Shown piece after piece: positions 41,906 through 52,014 of a stretch of 64,000 nt of DNA. The first letter of the stretch is position 1, and each line of letters begins with the position of its first letter. The translations under genes and the position numbers were made by a program. The stretch spans positions 51,552-115,551 of the IMG/VR virus record IMGVR_UViG_3300032286_001377; one strand, given 5' to 3'. The notes beneath the pieces are model-generated. The model saw nothing but the letters and a program-made list of their open reading frames with translations. It had not been told where the DNA came from and did not search any database. This DNA is from a virus.

Positions 41906-42823
41906 TCAACTCTTAAACCCAGTAACAGTAGAGCCAGTGCTTGTATTGGTCGGCGCATCACTATCTGAATTATTTCTTGCTTGCAAACTCTTAACAAAAC
42001 CAAGATCTGCTTGACTATAATAGTAGTCTCTAGCGATGAATTGATAACTCTCAGCTAATGGCTGTCCACCAGGGGTGTAAGCTGTAGCCATACTCATCAA
42101 CTGCACTTGTTGCAATATTATTTTCATTGGACTAACAATATTATCAACCCTAACACTGCGCTCGTTTACGTCAGAATAGATCATTCTATCCAAATCGTCT
42201 GTTATCACATAAGACTCTGATTTAAGTGAATTAAAAGGAGTAAGTGCAGTTTCTTCAACTCCATACAAGATCACAAAATTAAAAGGCGGATGCGCACTAA
42301 ATATATTTTTTTCTCCACCAGATCCTGCTGGATCTAAAGTAATTCTATCTAATTGGTTATATGCCCAGTATTTTTGTATATTCTTTTCATCATCAGTAGA
42401 GCCGTATTGTGACCCCAACTTAGAAACTATTGACTGATCACTACTTCTATCAGATGGATTAGTAGCCCTAGCTTTTGCTGCTCTTTCTAAAAAGTCTGTC
42501 ATTCTTCTGGGATATCTACTAAAAATAGTGAATTCTCCAGAAATTAATCTTGTACCATACATGATGGCATCATAATTGTACGACCAAAATCCATAAAGTG
42601 GTTGCTTCTCTTGTTTAATCGTATAAGCAAACGAAGCTAAATCTAATTCATCTTCTGGATTAAAAAGTCCATCTATAAACACCTTAACATCTTCACCACT
42701 AAAATAATAGTCATAATAATTACTAAAACGAGTATCGTTATCAGATGCTGTGCCAGCCCATTTAAGATCTATGTCTTTATCTAATGGATTGAAAATAGGG
42801 GGAGTAGGTTTTTTATTAGCCAT
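41906..42823 (-). CDS. Tail tube paralogue 3 (tube initiator/baseplate-proximal)
   Basis: YFSGEDV..YTIKQEKQPLYGF..GTRLISGEFTI..PPFNFVI shared with the tube protein. Confidence 0.7.
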   Translation of the reverse strand: MANKKPTPPIFNPLDKDIDLKWAGTASDNDTRFSNYYDYYFSGEDVKVFIDGLFNPEDELDLASFAYTIKQEKQPLYGFWSYNYDAIMYGTRLISGEFTIFSRYPRRMTDFLERAAKARATNPSDRSSDQSIVSKLGSQYGSTDDEKNIQKYWAYNQLDRITLDPAGSGGEKNIFSAHPPFNFVILYGVEETALTPFNSLKSESYVITDDLDRMIYSDVNERSVRVDNIVSPMKIILQQVQLMSMATAYTPGGQPLAESYQFIARDYYYSQADLGFVKSLQARNNSDSDAPTNTSTGSTVTGFKS

Positions 42824-42824
42824 G

Positions 42825-43571
42825 TTACGGTTTTACAATCTCATCCACAGTATTGAACTGATAAAGCTTAGCAAGATTTGTCATAACCTTATCTCCAAAT
42901 ACATTCTGCATGTTTTTAGATATTTGTATATTTCTATCTTTTAACGCAGGATCCAAAGTAGAAGAATCAGCGTCTTTGCCTGGATCCATTTTCACCATCG
43001 GCTGTATTCCTCTTGCCATATACGTATATGTTTGTTCTGTTATTAAGTCATCAATAGATATTGTTTGACCTTCATCGACAATTGTTACTCCAAAAATTTT
43101 CATCTTTGAACCTTGACCATATTCATTGAAAAAGCTAACAACGATATCAAAAGGAGGCAACATGTCGGCAAGCGGTGCAAAGAAGCCATTTTTCTTTGCT
43201 AGGTAATCTTGATATTGAGATATCCTATAGAATACATATTCATTAAAAACAGTAAAAATTAAACTGCCAGCAATAGTTCTTCCACCCTTAATAAAACCAC
43301 GAGGATTCACATGGCCTAAAGTTCGAACAGGAGAATTCTCTCTGTGAATAGAATAAGACAAAGTTTGAAGTTCGCCCAATACCAGTGTCTCTCCAGTACC
43401 AGTCATCTTTCCATCTTGTCCAAAATTTGGAATAATAATTGTAGCTACCGCATCAACACCAGAAAATGAAATATTCTTTAAAGCGTAAGCTGGATTATAG
43501 TTACCCTTTTCCTCAACTTGTTCAGGGGGAGGAATTGTTTGAGTAGGTTTACCAATGAAAATCTTTGCCAT
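42825..43571 (-). CDS. Tail tube paralogue 2
   Basis: SFSGVDA..LSYSIHRENSPVRTLG..GGRTIAGSLIFTVF..ADMLPPFDI..NEYGQ..IFGV..DEG..SIDD..EQTYTYMAR aligns with the tube protein. Confidence 0.75.
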   Translation of the reverse strand: MAKIFIGKPTQTIPPPEQVEEKGNYNPAYALKNISFSGVDAVATIIIPNFGQDGKMTGTGETLVLGELQTLSYSIHRENSPVRTLGHVNPRGFIKGGRTIAGSLIFTVFNEYVFYRISQYQDYLAKKNGFFAPLADMLPPFDIVVSFFNEYGQGSKMKIFGVTIVDEGQTISIDDLITEQTYTYMARGIQPMVKMDPGKDADSSTLDPALKDRNIQISKNMQNVFGDKVMTNLAKLYQFNTVDEIVKP

Positions 43572-43580
43572 ATTTCACCT

Positions 43581-43625
43581 ATAAAAAATAATACGCACGA
43601 GAGCATTTGCCCCCGTGCGTATTAT
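43581..43625 (-). terminator. Intrinsic terminator after the tail tube gene
   Basis: Minus strand ATAATACGCACG-GGGGCAAATGCTCT-CGTGCGTATTAT followed by TTTTT: a perfect 12-bp outer stem extended by G-C and G-U pairs. Confidence 0.85.
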
Positions 43626-43644
43626 AGTAACGATTAAGCTAGTA

Positions 43645-44319
43645 TTATGGTCTAATTATCTCAGGATTTAGACCAGCTGGCTGAATATTGGTAAGATTGG
43701 CTCCAGCCTGAACATCAAGCAAGGAGTCAGTATTGATGGTATACATTGGGCCAAGTTCTCTGGCTACATATGTCATTGTCTCTTCGATAACAATGTCATC
43801 CATCGAAGCGCCAGAGCCTTCATTCAAAAGCTCTACGCCATAGATGGAACGTACTGCAGACTGACCATATTCGTTCACAAAAGTTATTGTGATATCGAAT
43901 GGTGGAATCTGGTCAGCGTAGTACGGAACCTTCTTAGAAACACTCACGCCATCAGTATTTACATCGGCTATACCGCGAGACTTGAACGTGGTATCGCCAG
44001 GTAGGGCGTTATGTGATCTGGTGTAGAACCATTGCTGAGTATCGCCACTCTGGTGATTCACTTCCAACATCTTATAAAGTGCTGGACGATCAAATACGGT
44101 GAAGATGAGAGATCCAGCTATACCACGCTTACCTCTTGAGAAGGAACGAGGATTAGGTGAACCCATTGTGTAGATAGGGGCCTTTTCTCTTGTTACAGAG
44201 AAAGTAATTCCAGAAAGCGCACCAATCGATACACCACCAAAGGTAGCTACGATATCGGCTCCTGAAAATGTAGTATAAGTATTAAGATACTTATTTACTG
44301 GTGAATAGTCATCTGCCAT
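43645..44319 (-). CDS. Major tail tube protein
   Basis: Directly after the sheath; TFSGADI..SVTREKAPIYTMG..GKRGIAGSLIFTVF; GGAGG RBS; higher GC like other abundant proteins; followed by a terminator. Confidence 0.8.
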   Translation of the reverse strand: MADDYSPVNKYLNTYTTFSGADIVATFGGVSIGALSGITFSVTREKAPIYTMGSPNPRSFSRGKRGIAGSLIFTVFDRPALYKMLEVNHQSGDTQQWFYTRSHNALPGDTTFKSRGIADVNTDGVSVSKKVPYYADQIPPFDITITFVNEYGQSAVRSIYGVELLNEGSGASMDDIVIEETMTYVARELGPMYTINTDSLLDVQAGANLTNIQPAGLNPEIIRP

Positions 44320-44347
44320 TTTTATTTACCCTCCAATCGGTATTAAA

Positions 44348-45619
44348 TTACAATGTAATGGCGACCTGGACTTCGATTGTCTTAAGTTCGAAGGCAGGAG
44401 TTAAAACGAGGTCAATTATTGCCTTGTTTTGTGATGGCACATATGTGACATTAAAGTCACTGCCAAGCAGGGCTCCTAATAATTGCATTCCTCTCAGACC
44501 AGAAGTAATTGCAGTCTCCATTGAGTTACGAATCTCAATCGTTGAAGGCTGACCAATGTACTTCTGGCACTGCTGACGGACTACTAAAGTAGCCTCATCA
44601 ACAATTCGCTTAGTAGAAAGTCTAGTATAGTCAGAGGTAGACTGACCGAAAGTAAGACCTTCGCCAAAGACTGGAATCTTGTTAAAGTTAACGATGACAG
44701 TATTGACGCCCTTATTTGAAAGATCTGTCTGCTGGGTTCTAGTTGGAGCATAGCGGATCTGATCAACGTTATAGAGCGGCTTGTTAACAATTGAAGTATA
44801 GGAAGGAAGTCTGCTCATAGTGGCGGCCAAGAAGGCAGCACCATTTGTATATCCAAAACTATTAGAAGGAGTTGCGCTATTACCATTAACATAGTTAACA
44901 GGCATAACTTCACCAGCAACAATGGTGACATAAGGACCAACTGTAGCCCACACAGAGTTGCCATCTCTTACTGGAAGGTTAGGCAAAGCCAGATGAGTAG
45001 AGACCTGAGTAGGAGTCATTCTATCGGAAACATTAGCAACGTTGATATATGGCTTAATTCCCATAACTGCTATGCAAGGGTTGGTGCTCTCTGCAATAGC
45101 CTTTGTTGCAACAGCTGTCTTGTATGCCCAGTTATTAAGCGCGACAGAAGTATTGTCTGCATGGAAACCTAATTCTAGGTTATCGTTAGCAGGTGTAGCT
45201 GGACTTTCCCACTCTACCGGACTGCCACCACGACCCCATGGAATAATGATGTCAGGAATAGCGGCTTCAGCTGCTGCGAAAGCGGCGTTGAAGATATCTC
45301 CACCAGCGCTGACGCTAGTGAGTCCACCGGTTAAGTGAGCGAAAACAGTGTCACTAGGAAGCGGCACCAAGAACACTCTCTCCGCACCAGCGATTACCAG
45401 CTCAAGAAAAGCTCTATGAAGATCTGAACTAGCGCCAAAAGCGCTAATTACATCAGCCTCATTAGTAGCTCTTACAACGTCGAGATCTGCGATCCCTCCG
45501 GTATTATTAGCAGTAGACCGCTTAGCGATAGCCACGATACGAGGACCAACAGGAGCATCCTGTCTAGATACCGTATAAAAACGATCTTTAATTATTGTTG
45601 TTACTCCAGGTATAGCCAT
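44348..45619 (-). CDS. Contractile tail sheath protein
   Basis: N-terminal IPGV; C-terminal LSNKGVNT..YTRLSTKRIVD..YIGQP..IDLVLTPAFELKTIEVQV is the sheath C-domain pattern. Confidence 0.9.
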   Translation of the reverse strand: MAIPGVTTIIKDRFYTVSRQDAPVGPRIVAIAKRSTANNTGGIADLDVVRATNEADVISAFGASSDLHRAFLELVIAGAERVFLVPLPSDTVFAHLTGGLTSVSAGGDIFNAAFAAAEAAIPDIIIPWGRGGSPVEWESPATPANDNLELGFHADNTSVALNNWAYKTAVATKAIAESTNPCIAVMGIKPYINVANVSDRMTPTQVSTHLALPNLPVRDGNSVWATVGPYVTIVAGEVMPVNYVNGNSATPSNSFGYTNGAAFLAATMSRLPSYTSIVNKPLYNVDQIRYAPTRTQQTDLSNKGVNTVIVNFNKIPVFGEGLTFGQSTSDYTRLSTKRIVDEATLVVRQQCQKYIGQPSTIEIRNSMETAITSGLRGMQLLGALLGSDFNVTYVPSQNKAIIDLVLTPAFELKTIEVQVAITL

Positions 45620-45664
45620 GTTATTTTAGGACCTCCGACTATGGAATCTATTAAGGAATCTTTG

Positions 45665-45681
45665 TTTATAGTAACTATAAA
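45665..45681 (-). promoter_or_regulatory. Candidate late promoter (TACTAT) inside the palindrome TTTATAGT-A-ACTATAAA, upstream of the sheath
   Basis: Recurring intergenic hexamer at 45668-45673, about 49 nt before the ATG, with GGAGG RBS downstream. Confidence 0.5.
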
Positions 45682-45738
45682 GTTATAAAAACAACTATAG
45701 TGTACTTTTATCGAATTAAATATATATAAGATAATATA

Positions 45739-46590
45739 TCAACTGTTTGGTGTTGCTGTCTGATTCAAGTCAACTATGTCAATAGTAATGCCTTCATAAT
45801 TGGGAGTAGCTAAAGAAGTAAGTAATTCTTTTTCATAAGCCATCCAAGTTCTTGCATCAACAGCGATCTGATTTATTCTTTCATTTCTAATTGCAAATGT
45901 CTTTTCAGTAGTCAACATATAAGTAATGACTCTTTTATGGACATCTTTATTTTCTCTACTGACCTCAGAATCAGAGAGTCTTCTTGAATAGACTAACTCT
46001 GAAGCCCCAGCGGCTTTGAAAATTGGGGTATATTCAATCATGAAATCCTCAAAAGCTTCAGCGATCTGATCACAGAGCACAGCGGCATCAAGATCATCTC
46101 TAGTTGTTGTTGTGTCACTATCCTGAAACACTCCAACTTTAGACATAATAGAAAAAGATACTATATTTTGAAACTTTTGACCATATATAGTAACAGAATT
46201 AGATAGTATGTTTTGTCTCATTCTTGGCTTTGGCTCAATAGTATGAGCCTTTCTAAGTTCAAGAGAATATCCAATAATTACAGGAAATTCATCTAATCCA
46301 CTAAAACGAGGAGATTGAGTAATCTGATCCAAGCCTAAATTAGAAGTATTTGTATCAGGATATGTATAAATCGTTTCTTTATTCGCACCTAGGGGGAAAA
46401 TTGGAATGGCAGGAAAACTCTCTTCCCACAGCTTTTTTACTAAGGCAATGAACTCTAGATAGGTAAGATTGCCAGAATAAATTTCTTCAACGCCATTATG
46501 ATCCAGCCTTCTATAACCTGGAGATTGAAGCGGTTCACCAAATCTTGTGTTATTACTTAAAATTGGAAAATTTCTATTTATAAAAGACAT
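45739..46590 (-). CDS. Putative tail completion/terminator (neck) protein
   Basis: Position between neck genes and sheath; size and alpha/beta pattern are compatible. No diagnostic motif. Confidence 0.45.
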   Translation of the reverse strand: MSFINRNFPILSNNTRFGEPLQSPGYRRLDHNGVEEIYSGNLTYLEFIALVKKLWEESFPAIPIFPLGANKETIYTYPDTNTSNLGLDQITQSPRFSGLDEFPVIIGYSLELRKAHTIEPKPRMRQNILSNSVTIYGQKFQNIVSFSIMSKVGVFQDSDTTTTRDDLDAAVLCDQIAEAFEDFMIEYTPIFKAAGASELVYSRRLSDSEVSRENKDVHKRVITYMLTTEKTFAIRNERINQIAVDARTWMAYEKELLTSLATPNYEGITIDIVDLNQTATPNS

Positions 46591-46592
46591 TG

Positions 46593-49500
46593 TTAAACTC
46601 CAGGTCCAGTAGATATTGCAAAATTAATTTGTCTTAATCCAAGTGCTGCTAAAAGTTCAATATGAAAAATTAGTTTCCCTGATGTTTCTTGACTAACCTC
46701 AACATTAAAAGCAAAATCTAAAATTATATTATTTTGTCTTAAAGAATTTAGATAATCCCTAACCCTAGATACAACTTTATCATATCCAAATTTCCCAATT
46801 GCCTCATAAGAGAATCCTCTGACCTCACTAACAACTCTTGCAACTAATCTCATTTGAGATGCTTTTGATAAGGTTGATAAACTGCTAGCCATCGTGTTTT
46901 CATTGCTAACATAGACTTCAAAAGGAACGGATCTTCTAGTCTTCTTTCCTCTATAAACAGTATTGATTCCCAATGAATCAAGTCTGTTCATTTCTATCTG
47001 AGCAAGATCGGCACCAAAGACTGCCGTAGCTCCTTTTACTCTAGTTCTAATCAATCCCATATTCATTGGAGCAGCTGATAGCATCCCAGCAAAAGCTGCA
47101 GCCATCGAAGATGGATATGAACGCTTTAATTGCGCATGCTGATATATAACTTCTCCATATATTGGAATTACAAACCTTCCAATATCAGAAGTAATATTTC
47201 CATCAAGAGGACTATATTGTGTGAACTTATTAACAAAAAGTGGATTAGAAGCTAACTCTTCAACATCAGAAGAAGATATTCCATTAGACCTAGAACCAAT
47301 AACTCCAAGCTGCACGTAGCCAGTATCATTATGGAAACTACTAAGATAATTAGCTAGCTGTGTAATAAAGTCAACCCCACCCGTAGCTAAAATTGAGGCT
47401 TCTAGTGGAACAACATAATCGACAAAATCTAATTCACCAATCACTGAATACGTCGCAGCCAAACGTTGATAGTATTTTTGATAGAAAGTATAACTAGCAG
47501 GTGTCGCAGCTGCTAAGTCAAATAAAATAGTAGAAGAAATCCTATCAGCTGGTTTATAAACATACTCAGACATAGGCGCAACTGCACAAATAATAATATC
47601 TCTTGCACCAGCCTCATACGCATCAAATACACCACGTAGAAGAGGACTATCTAAATCGGCTCCAAGCAAATCGATTGCACTTTGAACAGACCTAATCCTA
47701 ACCGGATCATTAAGCCCAATCCCATCAGCGTGCCCCAGTAAAAGCACCGTGCTAGTATTAGACTGATTTAACTCTTGATAAAGAGGTTTGTAATTAATTA
47801 CGGCAGACTTGTTCGACCCAGCAATGCTGGGAGACAAGGTGGCTACCGAGCCTTTAACCTGAAATTGTGAGACAATATTAATATCAGTTAGATCGGTAGT
47901 TGTTTGTGCAATAATTGAATAGTTTGCTTCAAAAAAAGTTGTTGGAACTGTATAATTTAAAGTAAATTCGTATTTATTTGTTCTCTCAATAAGAGATGTG
48001 GCCCTAGATGAAGGAGCTATTGCCGCAGAACCCCTTAGAGTCCAAGTATTATTGTATTGATCAACATAAGAAGTCTTACCAAAACTATATTGATACGGAG
48101 CAAAATCTGCAACAGTTGGTCCATCAATTCCATTTCTAATAATCGCCCTATACATTTTGCCATTCATAAAATATTGAGTAGCGTTGTTGAAGCCACCTAT
48201 TTCCACTTGTGCTGTTCCAGGAAATAGACTAAGCGAATATGTGCCAATGGCGTCAGTTAAAAGAGTCCATGATACAGGCTCATCGGTCTGATCCTGCGCA
48301 TAATAAAACTTTACCCTATACCCACCAGTTGAGTCCCTGGATGCAAGTGTGGCCTTAATCCAATATGTTCTACCATCAATGAAAGTGTTAGCCATAGTTC
48401 CAGCTGGAATTGCTGCTGAGAATAGATTCTGTCCATCATAAGATAAAAATAGTCTTATAACACTTGACTCCATAGCTAATAAATAAGATCTTAAAGGAGT
48501 AGCATTATAATACTTTCCTATAAAAGTTTGATTAGTAGTTGGATTTGTCCAATCTGTTAGAGAAGCTCTAACTACTAATTCAAGATCTCTATTTCTTTCA
48601 ATTCGTGCGACTGTGCCAAGTGTATTTACTGTAAGGTTGTTTCCAGAATTTTCAATAAAAGAAGTTGCAAATTGTATCTGCCTAGTAAAATTGACATCAA
48701 GAACTTTAGTGCCACTACTAAATGCGTTTCGTGCAATTACCCGATAAAATCTTCCTGAAGACGCATATCCGTTAGCTTGTTCCGAATAGGCGCCAATGAC
48801 AAAAGGCGTATCACTATTGTATAGTGTGCCAGATGTTCCAGGAATAGCGCCGCCAACATTGGTCCATGTTGTTGGTTCTACTTCTTGATCTGCTGCATAG
48901 TCGAAAAACCACTGTCCAGAAGATGAATTCCTTCGATACCTGAACCAATAAGTCTTCCCATTCACAAATGGAGATACTGTTGCTCCCCAGTTTGGCGTTA
49001 AAATTGTACTATTATCAATAGTATAACTGGCAAACATTTTTCCAGCTGTGTCGATACCTAAAAGGTATGATCTACTAGGACCGGTATTTGTGTATTTTCC
49101 AACAAAACACTGATTAGAAGCATTAACGTATTTATCTAATGTAGCCCTTATAGTTACCTCAAAATCAGATAAATCCAAATAGCTTAGACTTGGAGCGGTA
49201 GCATTATCGGTAACGGACCATCCACCAGCAACTGTGACGCCTGTCCGAGTACCATATGTTGTCCCATCAACAATTTTAGCTATTGAACCGGAAACTGTAA
49301 CAGTTTTTCCTGTCGACTCCGAGAAAGATGATGATCCGATAGTCTTTGAGGTAAAGTCAATATCAACTATCTCTGCACCATCGATGCCGTTTCTTACTAT
49401 TGCTCTATAAAATTTTCCTGAACTAAAGTTTGAAGAACCAGAAAAAGCTGAACCAACTTCAACTGGTGCAGTTGCATTATAAATTGATGTTATAAAACCT

Positions 49501-50186
49501 AGAGCAGCAGGTTGAGCACCAAGATCATTCCATGTGGTAGGTTCTGTCTCACTGTCTGGTGCATAATAAAATTTTACCTGACATCCTCCAGAATTATTAT
49601 TTATATCTAAAGTAACCTTTAACCAATAGGCAACTCCGTCACCAAGAGGTATGAGTGGAGTACATGATCTACTTTGTGCTGATGCAACAGATCCAGTTGG
49701 CCACCACTCAAAAATGTGAATGCCATTAGTTTGTACACTCCACCTGAATTTCCTATTAGGATCAGATTGAGTCGCAGCAATTAGGCAATTGCTAATAGAA
49801 GAAGGAGTCCAGTCATCTAAGGCTACCCTACAAACAAGCTCTATATCACCAGCAACATTTAACGCAGTAGAATGTGGGACTGACACATAATTTCCAGTCA
49901 CTCCAGGAAGACTCAAGAATTTAATACCTTCAGCACCATTGATATCAAGAAAATTTGAATCTGGCGCAGAAATATAACTACCAGAAATACCAGGTAAAAC
50001 TGCGTATGAATCCTGCTTAATAAATGAAAATGGTCCATCAACAATAGGACCATTCCCGTTATCGCCTCTTACTACAGAAAAATAAATATCCGAAGCCTCT
50101 GTGCCGCCAGTTGGATCGTAAACTTGACTATCTGATGTAAATATAAACTTAAATTTTGCTGTTTGACCTTTATTTAAAATTAACAT
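46593..50186 (-). CDS. Tail-sheath paralogue fused to an Ig-like domain and three LamG/ConA-like domains
   Basis: The C-terminal ~390 aa mirrors the sheath (SPLLRGVFDAYEAGARDI vs SDLHRAFLELVIAGAERV; LDSLGINTV vs LSNKGVNTV). Three D(I/F/L)E..R..LD..YW....FYYA.D..EP..W..G..YR.I.RN repeats. Start placed at MLILNK, coupled to the upstream stop (ORF track gives 50210). Confidence 0.72.
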   Translation of the reverse strand: MLILNKGQTAKFKFIFTSDSQVYDPTGGTEASDIYFSVVRGDNGNGPIVDGPFSFIKQDSYAVLPGISGSYISAPDSNFLDINGAEGIKFLSLPGVTGNYVSVPHSTALNVAGDIELVCRVALDDWTPSSISNCLIAATQSDPNRKFRWSVQTNGIHIFEWWPTGSVASAQSRSCTPLIPLGDGVAYWLKVTLDINNNSGGCQVKFYYAPDSETEPTTWNDLGAQPAALGFITSIYNATAPVEVGSAFSGSSNFSSGKFYRAIVRNGIDGAEIVDIDFTSKTIGSSSFSESTGKTVTVSGSIAKIVDGTTYGTRTGVTVAGGWSVTDNATAPSLSYLDLSDFEVTIRATLDKYVNASNQCFVGKYTNTGPSRSYLLGIDTAGKMFASYTIDNSTILTPNWGATVSPFVNGKTYWFRYRRNSSSGQWFFDYAADQEVEPTTWTNVGGAIPGTSGTLYNSDTPFVIGAYSEQANGYASSGRFYRVIARNAFSSGTKVLDVNFTRQIQFATSFIENSGNNLTVNTLGTVARIERNRDLELVVRASLTDWTNPTTNQTFIGKYYNATPLRSYLLAMESSVIRLFLSYDGQNLFSAAIPAGTMANTFIDGRTYWIKATLASRDSTGGYRVKFYYAQDQTDEPVSWTLLTDAIGTYSLSLFPGTAQVEIGGFNNATQYFMNGKMYRAIIRNGIDGPTVADFAPYQYSFGKTSYVDQYNNTWTLRGSAAIAPSSRATSLIERTNKYEFTLNYTVPTTFFEANYSIIAQTTTDLTDINIVSQFQVKGSVATLSPSIAGSNKSAVINYKPLYQELNQSNTSTVLLLGHADGIGLNDPVRIRSVQSAIDLLGADLDSPLLRGVFDAYEAGARDIIICAVAPMSEYVYKPADRISSTILFDLAAATPASYTFYQKYYQRLAATYSVIGELDFVDYVVPLEASILATGGVDFITQLANYLSSFHNDTGYVQLGVIGSRSNGISSSDVEELASNPLFVNKFTQYSPLDGNITSDIGRFVIPIYGEVIYQHAQLKRSYPSSMAAAFAGMLSAAPMNMGLIRTRVKGATAVFGADLAQIEMNRLDSLGINTVYRGKKTRRSVPFEVYVSNENTMASSLSTLSKASQMRLVARVVSEVRGFSYEAIGKFGYDKVVSRVRDYLNSLRQNNIILDFAFNVEVSQETSGKLIFHIELLAALGLRQINFAISTGPGV

Positions 50187-50187
50187 A

Positions 50188-50559
50188 TCACTTCTCTCTT
50201 GATGCGCCAACAGTCCAAAAAACTATTTTTCCCAACTTACCTCTAACCGCAGAAACAGCATTAATTCTATACATTGTATAATTTTTATGATTTTTCATAG
50301 AATAATTTTCATATATCCTATCCCCTTCTTTAGGGTAAATCTCTGCTTCAAAATAATAAACAGCATCATATTTAGTAATAAGACCATCTGCTTGCTCTTT
50401 TGTAGAAAGTGTATTAGCTATACCAGATTGGCCAACCTGTCTTGTGGTAACTCTTTCCAAAGAATTTGAATGATTTCCATTTGCTAACACCCTCTGAATA
50501 TGAACATCGTGACCCCAATCACGCATAATTTTCCTAAAAGATCTTTTCGCATCAATCAT
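50188..50559 (-). CDS. Putative head closure/stopper protein
   Basis: 123-aa beta-rich protein (WGHDVHIQR..YYF..PKEGDRI..YRI..V) following the adaptor-like gene. Confidence 0.6.
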   Translation of the reverse strand: MIDAKRSFRKIMRDWGHDVHIQRVLANGNHSNSLERVTTRQVGQSGIANTLSTKEQADGLITKYDAVYYFEAEIYPKEGDRIYENYSMKNHKNYTMYRINAVSAVRGKLGKIVFWTVGASREK

Positions 50560-51454
50560 ACTTTCTCAGACCTCTTCTCGGCATCGGGTCATCTTTTACT
50601 GTTGACTTTCTACCAGGACCATAAATGTCTCTATCGGAAAGATAAACAATTCTTCCAGTTTCAGGATCAACGACTTTTCCAGAAAAGTTTCCACTTGGAA
50701 GACCTTTTGGTTGCATTGAAGTTGGTCCAACTTTCTTTGAAAGCATTTCTTTTCTCATGGCCGCAGCAATCTGACACCAAGTCGTGGCATTATCTCTTGA
50801 TACAGAATTTCTAGGTATTGACTTATTAGTGACACTAAAGTCTCCAAGATTTAATGACATTTCATCATCTCCACCAAATCCATATGTGCGACTCAACTCA
50901 CATGCAGTGGCAGATTTAATGTATTCAAGAACATTAAAAGAAAGATTTGATCCATCTTCATCATCTAATAAGCTATAGATATCTTTTACTTCTAAAGAGT
51001 AATTATACACTATTTCCGCTATCTCAAGCGGAGATGCATCGGGGAAATATGCTAATAAGGACTCTGGATCAATATAAAGTGGTGATATATCCGCAGCAAA
51101 AACTATTGTTTCATCGCTACCTAAAAGTACAGTAGGATGATACTCAGTTTGAGTAGAAGAAACGTAAAGCTTCTGCTCAATGAGAATTAATTTTGCCGTT
51201 GGACCTTCGTAATAAGTGCCAGTAAATTTTATTGAGTATGTATCTGGAACTGTTGGGGTAAAAATGTAATAATAAACAGAAGAGGTTACAGATATTATCT
51301 GATTTTGATCAATAGTTAAAGATGTCCCGTCAGATTTTTTGATCTCTAAACTTATAGCATTAATCGCAATATCTACGTCATTTCCATTGGAATCAATATC
51401 TTTAAATTTTACTGTTAATTTAACAGAATCATTTACAACTACATTTTCCGACAT
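50552..51454 (-). CDS. Putative head-tail adaptor with N-terminal Ig-like domain
   Basis: N-terminal beta-sandwich (VYYYIFTPTVPDTYSIKF); C-terminal helical domain with SLNLGDFSVT, typical of adaptors; neck position. Confidence 0.55.
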   Translation of the reverse strand: MSENVVVNDSVKLTVKFKDIDSNGNDVDIAINAISLEIKKSDGTSLTIDQNQIISVTSSVYYYIFTPTVPDTYSIKFTGTYYEGPTAKLILIEQKLYVSSTQTEYHPTVLLGSDETIVFAADISPLYIDPESLLAYFPDASPLEIAEIVYNYSLEVKDIYSLLDDEDGSNLSFNVLEYIKSATACELSRTYGFGGDDEMSLNLGDFSVTNKSIPRNSVSRDNATTWCQIAAAMRKEMLSKKVGPTSMQPKGLPSGNFSGKVVDPETGRIVYLSDRDIYGPGRKSTVKDDPMPRRGLRKYD

Positions 51455-51466
51455 AAATTCCCCTTA

Positions 51467-51796
51467 TTAAACGTTTGATATTATAGTAATAGACAAAGAA
51501 CCAGCTGGTCCAAAGTCGGCTCCATTATTCATATCAATCACCGCATGAGCACCGTCTTTATCTATAGTTATACTTGCATTACCTATCGAATATGGATCAT
51601 CTTTTAATGAGGAAAGCGCATAAGCGGCAATGTTGAAAAGATCAGTCGTAGAGGTGCCAAACGCTGGAATATTAACTAATTCTAAAGTTGATACAGTCTC
51701 TGAGTTAACAACCAATTCCTCAGAGATAACAATAACTATACCATTATAAGTTACAAGAGGCTGGTTATACTTAATGATATCGTTATAAAATTTCAT
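51467..51796 (-). CDS. Hypothetical virion protein
   Basis: Tightly packed in the structural operon; YN repeats at the N terminus. Confidence 0.6.
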   Translation of the reverse strand: MKFYNDIIKYNQPLVTYNGIVIVISEELVVNSETVSTLELVNIPAFGTSTTDLFNIAAYALSSLKDDPYSIGNASITIDKDGAHAVIDMNNGADFGPAGSLSITIISNV

Positions 51797-51798
51797 TA

Positions 51799-52014
51799 TT
51801 AAAATGTACCACCATCAATTGTTCCATTAGCAAATCTATCCGCAACGGTAATGTGAGTCCCAGATGGATTAGCCCCAAGCTCAGTCTCGATTGCTTCGAT
51901 TGCATCATTGGCATTAGTGTGTTGCAAATTGTGCGGAACAACAACAGAGTCTAAAAGATCGCTGGCTTCTGGATTGTTAAAATTGTCTATTGAGTTAGGA
52001 TAATTTGTAGGCAT
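51799..52014 (-). CDS. Small virion protein resembling a fibre N-terminal attachment module
   Basis: MPTNYPNSID..H...H..ANDAIEAIETELG resembles a common N-terminal motif of phage fibre proteins; ends in IDGGTF. Confidence 0.55.
   Translation of the reverse strand: MPTNYPNSIDNFNNPEASDLLDSVVVPHNLQHTNANDAIEAIETELGANPSGTHITVADRFANGTIDGGTF

Noticed and set aside
12542-45619. Tailocin or extracellular contractile injection system instead of a phage
   Set aside because: Portal, prohead protease, major capsid and neck genes are present in the same gene cluster.
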